Part shown: positions 42,041 through 52,609 of the stretch, piece by piece
How the letters are laid out: every line of letters starts with the position of its first letter
Numbering within the stretch: the first letter of the stretch is position 1
From: Geosiphon pyriformis uo1
Lineage: Eukaryota > Fungi > Glomeromycota
NCBI GenBank assembly: GCA_016748015.1
Contig: JAAOMT010000289.1
Coordinates: 445,639-509,638 of the forward strand
Length of the DNA: 64,000 nt
Direction of reading: 5' to 3'
Notes under the pieces: generated by a model
The model's input: the letters and a program-made list of their open reading frames with translations, nothing else
Told to the model about the DNA's origin: nothing
Database searches by the model: none
Position numbers and translations under genes: made by a program

Positions 42041-45000
42041 GGTCTGATTCCTTGGCCATGGTTGTCAAAATATTTAAGTTGTAGAGGTGGTTGCTTTTTA
42101 AGGGGATAGATGGGGGTGGTTGGTAGTTTTTTTACTAGTTTGAATACTCCAAATTCGATTTTATTTTCATTATTTTTCTCTGGCAGGAGAATGCTAAGAG
42201 CATAGCATTTTGGACACTATTTGTCATCACAAGGCATGATGCATTCTTCACACAATTGAATGTTTATTTGCTTTAATCGTTGAATTTGAGCTTCTTGAGT
42301 CAGGTATGTATGGCTTGCAATTTGGTGGTAGGTTTCTACTTCATCTTCATAATCAAATCCAGTTAATTCCATGATATACTCAATGTATTCAGCTTCTTTT
42401 ATTTGGCAGACATCTTCTTGGGTGACTCTATTAATCAATGCTATTGCTAAGTCAAAAATCATTTCAGCATCATAAGGGTAGTGGTAAAGTTTATTGAGAA
42501 CACTATTGTATGCTGCATCAAATGGTGTTCCTCTTCTAACTTTTTCTGAAATTGATAGAGCATATTAACAGATCTGATCACATACTCCTCCTCTTATTGC
42601 TACATCAATCCAATTGCATTTTTCTGGTAGTATTTCTCCACAAGTAAGGCAAGGAGTTTTGTCCCATTTTCCACTTCTCTTTGGGGATCCAAACTATTCT
42701 CTATGGCATGCCTTGCAGAAATAGCAAGTGTGAGTTTTGTATTTCTCTTCTGGAGAAATACAGGCTCCCATAGATGAAAGCTTCTTTTTACAATCTTTGC
42801 ATTTTAGTGGAATGTATGGTGGTTCTTTTTGTGGTTCTGGTGTAGAATACCAAACCTTCTTCCATCTTTTTGTTTCCTCAAAAATTTCTTGTTCTGTTTT
42901 TTCAGCCCAATTGGATGGTGATCTAAGAGCCATGTAGGTTTCAGTAAGTAGCATTTCTTTCTCCTCTTCAAATTCAAATACTGGGGTTTTTTCTGATTGT
43001 TTGTTAAAAGTACCACAAGTAGCAGGTACTATGGTGTATTGTCCTTGGTATGAAATTTTTAATTCCTTAGTTTCCCAGTCCAAGTTTGCATTGGCCTTAA
43101 GAAGCCAATCATTTTCAACCAAAGCTTGGTATTGGGATGGATCCATGACTAAAACTTTGACTGAAATGGTGATTCCATTAATGGTGAATGGAAAATTGTC
43201 AATTTCTCCTACTGGTGTCTTTTTCATACCATCTGCTGTAACAATTACAGTTTGGACTGGTCTCTCAACAGTTCTTTGAAGCTGTTGCATTAACTGGTAA
43301 GTGATAATACTTCCAGCTAATCCACTATTTAGAATTAGTCAGATGGGTTTTCCTTCTATTGTAGCTTTAGTATACATGGCAGTAATAGGTTTTTGTTCAT
43401 TAGCTGCTATATTACTAAGCAAGAATGGTAATTCATTTGCTTCAAATTCGAATGGGAATATATCTGAAAGGTTGGTATTTTGGGCAATTTGAGCTGGTGG
43501 AATAGTGTTATTAGAAGAGTTTGATCTGGGTGCTGCAACTTCATCTTCAGAAAGTGCAGGTTGTTGAAAATCCGATTCCTCTGGTATTGTAAGATAACTG
43601 GGTTGAGTGTAATAGTGATTGGGTCTTTGCTGACCAGAATTTTGGGGAACCAACTGGTTATTTGGATTAATTCTGTTGTTGTTATTCTGAGATTGATTTT
43701 GGGGTGTGAATTGGTTATATTGAACCAATCTTCTTGCTAGTACTTAATATTGTTGAGTGGGTGGTGTCTGATATTGCTAAATTGGTAAAGGTTGCTAATA
43801 TTGTTGTTGAATTGGTTGTGAAGCTGGTTAATAATAGCTGTTTTGAATTTGTGGTCTCAGTAAATAATAAGTTGGTGGTGGGAGTTGGTAATAAGATTGT
43901 TGTGGTAAAGAGTAACATTGATTACTTCTGTTTTGTTGGTCTCTTTGTAGTTTCCTGCAATTTCGTTTCCAGTGTTCTGGAATTCTACAATAGTGACAAT
44001 TTTGAGATTGGTTGTTAAATGGTGGTCCAAAGTTGTTTTGGTTGTGTTGCTGTAATGGTTGATATTTTTGTGGTTGTTGCTGCTGTTGTTGCTGGTTTGT
44101 AAAATAGCTTTTAATCTTTTTTGTGAGTTGGTCTATCTTTTCTTCAGCTGCTAAGCTGGTTTCTCCAATAGCCAAGTTAACAAGTTTGGTGTGGTTCACT
44201 TCTTCTATAGCCATTTCATAATTCTTTACATGTCTAATGGTAGTTGCTAAGTCTGCTGAAGCATGTGGATGGATTTTCTTAATTAGTTTGTCTTTTAACT
44301 CTACTATAAACTGATCCAGAATTTGAGCATCAGAATAGTAGTCATTGGTTTCCAATTGTCAAATTCATCTGAGAAGTTTGTTGAATCTTTCAAAATAGGT
44401 CATAACAGTTTCAGATGTTTCTTGCTTGATATTGTGAAAGTGGTTTCTGAGAGTGATAGAAGTGTTGTTGTTAGTGAATTGTTGTAGAAAAGCATCTTTG
44501 AATGCTTGCCAGTTTTCAAATGGTTCTTCTAAGTTTTCAAATCATTCTTCTGCAGTTCTTTAGAGAAAGTATGGAATTGCTTTGAGCATTCTTGCTGCAT
44601 TCCAACCATTTGCATCTTCTGCTTTTTGAACTTTGTCAAGCCATTCTTGAAGACTGGTATCATTATCTTCACTTGTGAATTCTGGAATTTTTGCAATATA
44701 AGCAGTTGCCATTTCTTCTTTGTTTTTTGTGGCTTCTTCTATTCTGATTCAGTTTTTTCACTTTCCAAGCTTTCTGAATGATTACTTTCGTTTTCCTGTA
44801 AGTAATCAATGATATTGGCACTTGTTGATATTGGTTTTTGTTTGTTGAGTAGGATTTCTAGGTAACTGAAAATCTTTTGGTCTGAAGAAACAGTTAAGTA
44901 ATGAATTTGGTGTTTGTGATTGAACAAGTGAAATTGGAAATGGTGTAATAAAAAGTGGTAATTTGACACTGGTTTCTTGTTCAGGTGTTTGCAAGTGTTT

Positions 45001-45457
45001 GGCAGTTGTCTTTGGTAGTATTGGAGTGTTTGGAGTGGTTTTTAAGTATTGTTTCACTTTTTGTTTGCCTTTGTTGCTTGTTTTTGTTTTTGATTCAAAG
45101 TTAAAAGAATATTTGGGCTGTACTGGGTATTTTTCTTCACAGTACTCAATAATATTAAAATTAAGTTTTGGATGTAGGTAGCAAGTGTTTCACTGTTCAG
45201 GTCTTCTGTTTCCAATTGTGAATAGTGCACTAAATTATTGTAGAGGTTGTTTCTAACTTCTGAAATGTTGTAGTTTTCAAAAAGATAATTGTTAATATGA
45301 TTTTCAATATATTGGTATACTGATTTCTTGACAACTTCAATTCTGTCTGGGATGTTGAATCTTTGCTTGCAGTGGGTGTAAATTGACTGATGATACTCTA
45401 GAATTGTTGTGTCTGGTGTGGTCACCACTTTGAATTTGTTGTTGCTGTGTTATTTCT

Positions 45458-45473
45458 GTGGGAGAGCACCAAA
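45458..45473 (-). promoter_or_regulatory. tRNA primer-binding site (TGGTGCTCTCCCAC)
   Basis: Follows the 5' LTR end CA|tt on the minus strand and begins with TGG, complementary to the tRNA CCA. Confidence 0.8.
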
Positions 45474-46453
45474 TGTTACTGAAGGTTTTTGGTCTCTTTT
45501 TTTGAATGTTGTAAATGTCTGTTGGTTGCAAATTCACGTTTTTTAGAAGTAGTTGAACCTCCAATAACTGAATTTATCTTCAAATTATCTCCTATAATTT
45601 GAACTTGCTGGGCTTATAAGTGGAATGGCCAATTTCCTGCCAGTTACTTTATGTAGTTATATTGTAGTAAATGTCAACTCTTTTCCAGGAATTGCTCATC
45701 TGGAAGCTCACTAAAAATGTGTAGTTACTTTGCTGTGAAAGTCAACTCTTCTACAGGAATTTCGTCTGTAGGCTACCCTAATGATTATAATAAGAAAATA
45801 AAAAAAAGTAAAAGAAATTGAATTCTGTCAAGAGAAACGTTTTCTATCCAGGCCTAGAGTCACTAACAATTTACTGAAATTGGTAGCTAATCAATTTCAA
45901 AACATTAGTTGGGTTTTGGGGATTTTCCAAGTGCAATAATTAAAGAATTTGGTTTTTCAAATTATTTGATATTTATTTCTTTTTGTGTGTATAAGAATGA
46001 TTCTAAGTGATAAATCTAAAGTAAGATACATTTTCTTGAAGAAAAAAGCTCTTCTTTTATACAACTTGTTGTAGTACTAGTCTATGAACTTGCACTTTTT
46101 TTCTTTGCTCAAATTTTGGCAAACTAAAGATACATTTTGATGAACTACAAGTTATTTCACTAAACTATTGATTAATTTGGATGAACTATTCATAATTTCG
46201 GTGAATTTTTATAAATTTCGGCGAATTTCTTATAAATTTTGGTGAATTTTTGAATGTTACAAAGTTCAGAATATTGTGTAATTTAATTATCTTACTTTTT
46301 GTTATACTAATTGAATTATTTAATTGAATCATGATATGTAATAATTGATTAAATAATAAATGATAATTTGAAATAATATTAATATACTAATTAACTATAG
46401 GAATTATAAGGGTAATTTCATGCTAATTAATAGCTAAAATTCTACTGGTAATA
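45474..46453 (-). repeat. 5' LTR of the gypsy element
   Basis: Direct repeat of 36563-37533. The outer end reads GTAATA on the plus strand, a C-to-T change from GTAACA. Confidence 0.95.
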
Positions 46454-49400
46454 TCATGCCGAGTCTTGTACTGGACGTTCTTCTTTTTTTGCTGTTGGCG
46501 TCTTTGTTGATAATATGATTTGGGTTGGTAGTAGTCAAAGCACTACTCAACATATTCTCAACATTGCTAGTGAATTTTTTCGGATCAATGATATCTTAAT
46601 TAACAATGACAAAACAGTAGTGATTTCTATTAACAGCAGAATCAGCAATCTTTTTCTCACTATTAATGGTCTGCTTATTTCGATTGCCAAAAAGGGGAAG
46701 TCTCATAGATACTTGGGTATTTTTTTTTCAACAGAGAGCCTTTCCAAACCTAGTTTGGCAAGAGTGTATTTGGATGTTTGTTTTTTCACTAATTTGGTGT
46801 TGAAAAAAGCTGTCTTAGATAAACAATTCTTGTATTTGGTTTTGGCAGTTCTTCACCTTATTGTAAGCTATAGGACACAGTTTAGCTTTATTCCTGTTGG
46901 TGTGTGCGACAAATGGAATGCTTTGATCTACAAGAGCTTGAAGCTAAAATCTGGTCTTCCACTGGACTTTCCTAGTGATACAATTTACCACTCCTCTTTT
47001 TATGGTTTGAAGTTTTTTTCGCAGTGTCAATCTGAGGGCAAAGTTGCCTTGCTTATTAGTTTTGCAAACTTTGGTGGGATTTTGGGGTGCTTGTTTGGTC
47101 ACAGATCTCATGACTTACAGGTTCAGTGTTGGCAATCTATCCATCCATTGGTCTCTCCTGCTCATATTCATGTCAATGTTTCAAATAATTTCTTAGCTGG
47201 TATGATTCACATTCTTTTTGACTGCAAGTTATCTTTGGATGGCTTTTTGGCCAGCTCTTTCTGGTTTCATGGTGGAGTACCTATGTCTGTTGTTCTTAAT
47301 GAGCCTCTGTTTTGTAAGATTTTATCTTTTCTTCAGTGGTATGGCATTGTTTTCATGAACCAGCTTCATGATTGTTTTGGTAGTGTATTTAGCTAGCACA
47401 CCTTTAAGAAGTAGAAAAAGCTGGACTCTTGTGGTCCAGTTCCCAATTGGTTTGATATTTTTGTTGCTTTTCTTGTGGCTCTTTATTCTTCTCCCTTGGC
47501 ATTGGCTGGTATTGGCCCTTTGGACATTCATGATTCCAATAATTTTATATCTGTCTGTAATTGTCTTTCTCGGGTTAACACTGATAGCTTGTCTGTGTAC
47601 ACGAATGGTTCAGTAAAAAATTTGGGCACGATTGGTTGTAGAGCTGAAGCTGCTGTCTTTTTTGAGAACATTAATTTGGGGTTGGGTGTTGGTGTTCAGG
47701 ACTTAATGTCATCTACTTTAGTAGAGCTGCAGGCTATTGCATTGGCTCTAAAGTGTGTGTCTGTGACTCGTTCTGTCCATCTGTTTTTGGATAATCAGAC
47801 AGCTTTGAATGCTTGCAGGTTGGAGTCTGACTTAGTGTATCCTGATTTTCACAATTAGTGTTGGGTTGAGTGTCAGCATATCAGAAATGTTATTCACAGT
47901 AAGAATTTGAGAATTAAATAGTGCAAAATTAAGGGCCACTCTGGTATCTCGGGAAATAATTATGCCAATAGTTTCACTAACATTGTGTCTCTCTCTGGTT
48001 GGTATCTTCCTCCTTGTATTGATGAACATTTTTTATTGGTGGATGGTGGTGTTGTATCTGGTAATTCTAGGCATTTTGTTTGTGATGTTTTTTGTGCTGT
48101 TTGTCGAGTGCATTGGGAGGTCGGGTCTGGTTTTAGATTTTTAGATGGTGATTTGTGTTTAGATATTAATTGGCTTTGTTCTTTCAGAGTTTGGCACTTT
48201 GATTTGCATATGGCCACTGGTTTTACCAGCAGACTGACTGCTGATACTCGAACTTACTTCATAAAGGCTTTGCACCATTGGCTTTTTATAGCTGTTCAGA
48301 AGCATATTTATAACAAATGTTATCCTAGTGTTTTGTGTCTGTATTGTGGTAAGGTCGAGGTGTCTGATCACATGTTTTCTTGTGTAGTTGATGATTCAGC
48401 TTATTATCAGGTCTTGGAATCTTGTATGTCTTTTTGAAAGGCACTTTCTGGTCTCTTCCTTTCTTCTTTGAGTGTATTGCAACTGCTGTCGACCTGTGCT
48501 TTGAATTTTCTGGTTTTTCAGCTTTTTACAAGGGTTTTGTTTTCAATAATTGGCTTCAGGAGGCTATTTCCATCTTCCATGATTCCAAAGTTGCTGGTGT
48601 TAAAATTTCTGATTTTGTGTGATCTATTTGTCTTGTCTTTAGGAATGACATTTGGTTAGTCTATGCTAAGCATCACGCATTCATGGAAAAGAATAGCCTG
48701 ATCCTTGTAGATGGCTCAATCCTCATCTTGGTCTCTGGTTTGGTTTTGGGATTCTTGGCTGGTGTGATTAAATTACTTGGTATTGCTGAAGCTTTTGGTG
48801 TCCGTTTTGGCTTTTGCAAGTCTTGTTCATTTTTTTCAGGTATTGGTGACCCAGTTTCTGTTAATATAAGTGTATAGTGTTGTCCTAACTGGCTCAAGTG
48901 GCTGGTCACATGTAGAAAATGCATAATTCATGCTTAGTTTAGATTATTTTATTGATGTATAATTTTAAGTAGTGTTTGGACTTCACTTGTTAAATGAATA
49001 AAAAAATAAAAAAATTTTTTTAATTTAAAATTAATAGAATTAAATTGTATAATAATAATAATAATAATAAAACAATAATTTTAACATAAAATATTATGCC
49101 AATAAACCAATTTATAAAAATTTTAAATACAATAAAAGACTTAAAAAAAAATAGTTTTATAATTAAAAACTATATAATTCAAATTTTAATATTTATAATA
49201 ACATTAATATTTAATTTTTTGTCAAATATAATTCTTTTTTAAAATATTAATTTTAATAATAAATATATTAAAAACTTTTTAAAAGTTAAAATATATTTTT
49301 ATTAATAATTAATAAAAAATAAAACAAATTTAATTATATATTTAAGTAATTATATTATTAATTTTAAAGATAATATAACCAAATAAAAACTTAACCAATT

Positions 49401-50514
49401 TAATTTATAAAAATAATTATTTTTTTGATTAACAAAAAAACAAAAATCAAATTAAAAGCCATAGAAAATTTTATAATTTTAAAAATAGTAAAAAATTAAC
49501 AAACTTAATAATAATATTATTATTTAAGAAAATTTAAAAAGCAAACTTTATATAAAAAAAGTTTTTTATAACCAATTTTATACTAATAAAACCAAATAAA
49601 AACTAGAATATAATCTTATAATAATATTAAACACTAAAATAAAAATTACTTATCTAAAAAATATTAATAATTAATAATTATTTTTTAACAATTTCATAAA
49701 TAGTTATATTATTAAAAACCATAGAAAAAATAAAAGTTGCTTTTTTTTTACTTTGCTTTAATTGTGATCATAAAAATGAGAGGGAAAAAACTGCTTTAAT
49801 TAAAAAATATTTTTTTTAAAATATAACAATATAAAAACAATAATAAAAATTATTATTTAATTAAAAAATTCCTAAAAATCAAAGAAGTTAAAAAGTTGGC
49901 TCGAAAAAAAGGTGATTATTTATTTTCGTGATTTTGAACCTGATAAGCATTACTATACAACTGATTAGTATTTTCATCGGTTTAACCTTGTATGCTTGAT
50001 GATGGATATTATCCAATTTAGGACTGTTATCTAAACAAATCCATCAAGTAATCATCAATAGATACACAAATAAAAAATATTTTGATCAATAAAGCCCAAA
50101 CTGGTTACAGATTTTTTGGACTGCGTCATATGAAATGCGGAGCATCAAAGTAAAATATATTCAACATTAGTATTAATGAAACTTTCACTAAAATGAAAAA
50201 AAATCTACCCAAGCTGTGATGCTTCCCACAAATTGAAAAAAATAGGTCTAAGTAATAATAATTCTTTTGATTCAGATTTTCACAATTAATTATTCTCCGA
50301 TAAAAATTTGAAACCATTAAATTTTCTAACCATGGTTTTTGCAAATTGAAATAATGAGATTAGAGCCCTATGGGAAATTTCCCCCAAAGTTAAAGGACTG
50401 ATCCTGAGTTTCTTCAAAGATCCATTTTGATTTGAACCGAGGTTGGATTCAGCTATGTGGCGCCTGCAAAAATCCCTAATTTCTGAAAATGAACTATATG
50501 CATGAGTTGGCTGA

Positions 50515-51737
50515 TTACGCTGCGGGGAGATCCATGTTTAACTCTAGTGACTTTGGAGAAGGCCCGGTCGCTGTCGTTGAAGTTTTTGCTCTTGGAATAG
50601 ATAAAGCAACAGGAACAATAGAACTTGGAGAACCAGGCCGAGATTTAGGATGACCATTTGTATTATTAGCTGACCTTCTTTGATGCTCCGGATGGCGATT
50701 TAATGATCGAGAGCGAGAACGTTGTCGGGTGGAACGACGGGTTTCTTCACCGTTTTGATATTTTTTATAGTCCTGAGGAGATCTACTATGATTTCTGCGG
50801 GGGCTATGACTATCACGTCTATAAAAAAATTATGTTATTAGTATGAAAAAATAATTTGATATTATATGGGTTGAAAAAATAAGCTTCGAAAGGGAATTAA
50901 CCTTGGTCGATATGACCTATCAGGTGAAGAATATCGTTGTGGACGTCTGGATGGTGTATATCTAGTTAAGAATGAATAATGATGAGCAAAAATAATTTTT
51001 TCCAAGGTGATCATGTGTTAGAAACAACATTTGACACCCAACTGATCCAGCAATTCATACCGATGTCCTCCTCTCATCTCTCGTGGTGCTTTATCATATA
51101 AAAAAAAAATGGAATAAAATAACTGTTAAGTAGATAAAAATACTTCATAAAACGTTAGAATTAAACACGTTGAGGTATTCTAACTTTTGCGAGATCCACG
51201 TGCAAATTCCACTGTCAAGTCACGTCCATGTACTGAGAAATTTCCCCTTCTGTAGGCTTCTTCACAATCGCGTTCATCATAATATCTTGAATTGAAAGGA
51301 TAAGAAAAACCGCCATTCTTGTCAAGGACCGATGCTGAATAGGTCTTTATTTGGCTTTAATTTTTTTTCTTGGAAACTTGATTCCAACCGAGGCAGAAGT
51401 ATACTTGATATCTCTTGAGAAATTCTTGAAACAAGGATACTCTATATAGGCAAATCCTCTTGGCTCTCTTGTGTAATAATCTCTAGGTATGTAAACTGAA
51501 TTGAGAAAAAAATTTATTAGAAAATATAATTTGGAAGGAAGAAGTTTATCTCGTAAAAGGGACAAAAATACCAACCATCTTTAAGGCGACCGTATTCTCT
51601 AAATACAGGCTCGAGATCTTCGATACTAGGTATAAGCAAAGAATAAGCAAGGTGAAATTACTTAAAAAAAATGGGCAAAAAAAAAATCACAACGTTGTTC
51701 GTGGTGAAAGCCCAGACACAAATAGTGAACGAGACAT
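50515..51737 (-). CDS. SR splicing factor, SRSF10/SCL-like (RRM plus RS-rich tail), 7 exons including one U12-type intron
   Basis: SLFVSGL..EDLEPVFREYGRLKD|VYIPRDYYTREPRGFAYIE|YYDERDCEEA..GRDLTVEFARGSRK|TPREM, followed by SR/RS repeats. Confidence 0.88.
51286..51440 (-). other. U12-type (minor spliceosome) GT-AG intron
   Basis: Donor GA|GTATCCTTG, branch site TCCTTGAC (51321-51328), acceptor AAG. Splicing restores the RRM frame. Confidence 0.9.
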
Positions 51738-52046
51738 TCTTTGGCCAGCAAGAATAAATTGTCGCGCTTTCTTTAACCGAAGAAAAGCTATAAAGGGTAA
51801 AGAGAACTTGATAACAAAAAAGATGGGGCATTTACAATAAACGTCACAAGTGATCTATTATTTTTTGTTAAATGAGTCAGATTGACTAATGAATATTTGA
51901 TATGATGAGAATTCCGATTTTTAATTCATTTGAATCTTTTTCAAGAAAAATAATTTTGATTAAGGAGCTTTAAATTTTTAAAAATTTTTATTAGGATTAT
52001 TTATCTCTTCCTTTTGAGAGAGATATTATAAAGTTTGAATTTTAAT

Positions 52047-52232
52047 ATGGCACAATTCAATTCTCGAACGCTTCTTTCCCCGATGGTCGCTTTTTCTATG
52101 GCGATTTTAGTTGGGCTATACGTGAAACATGCGATAAATGAATCAAGGAGAGGGTCTCTTAACCGTCGCAGATTTGTTGATAATGAAAAAGAAATAAATT
52201 CAAGTCAAATTAAAGAAAAAGTGGACTATTAA
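52047..52232 (+). CDS. Small single-TM protein (61 aa), unknown function
   Basis: Intronless ORF between genes with a hydrophobic segment (SPMVAFSMAILVGLYV) followed by basic residues, in gene-like base composition. Confidence 0.6.
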   Translation: MAQFNSRTLLSPMVAFSMAILVGLYVKHAINESRRGSLNRRRFVDNEKEINSSQIKEKVDY

Positions 52233-52609
52233 TAATTGAAATTCAAGAATCTAGGATGATTTTCGAAACTGTAAATCAACATCATCAAATTATTATGAAG
52301 GATAAAGAGGTTTTGATTGGAAAAAGTCCCTTAGATTTTGCCAACCATATTTTGTGTTATTATGTTATTCCCACCAACCTTAAATCCTAATAGCTGGATC
52401 ATTTTATTTCATCCTTATAAACTCTGAGTATCTACACATGTTTGTAAATTCTGATTTTCAGAGATCCCCAAAATTAGTTATTTATTAAACCCATTGAGAG
52501 GTAACCAATCAGAGCTAATCGTACCCTGTAATCGTGAATGTTCAAGTAATCCAAGGTTGTAGTTGTCTTTTGCCATAAATTTCAAGTTTGAAAAGCAAAC
52601 AGTATTCTA

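Larger units (their letters stand above)
36563..46453 (-). mobile_element. Complete Ty3/gypsy LTR retrotransposon (gag, PR, Cys-rich insert, dUTPase, RT, RH, IN, extra 3' ORF), decayed; TSD TCAT
   Basis: Two LTRs of about 970-980 bp. TCAT at 36559-62 and 46454-57. Gag knuckle CHYCRIPEHWKRNC. PR LILNSG (from DSG). RT RFCVDY..FSTLDLKNGYWQ..VMPFRLCNAPATF..VVYLDN. IN ERFNRTL and WDGPF. Domain order PR-RT-RH-IN. Confidence 0.95.
32358..49012 (+). mobile_element. Full-length LINE (ORF1: RRM-like plus zinc knuckle; ORF2: APE endonuclease, RT, RNase H, CCHC finger; 3' tail and poly(A)), inactivated by stops and split by a gypsy insertion
   Basis: ORF1 about 32501-34307 with CAICKGFGYTSLNC. APE: ATCNV..GGNFN..PTW..TIDY..MDH. 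RT: GKAAGLSDI..QDMWKAYNSV..GL D*GE; FVDN (from FVDD) at about 46503. RNase H: YTNGS..ELQAI..LDNQ..KGHSG..GN. CLYCG..DHMFSC. A tract at about 48997-49013. Confidence 0.92.
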
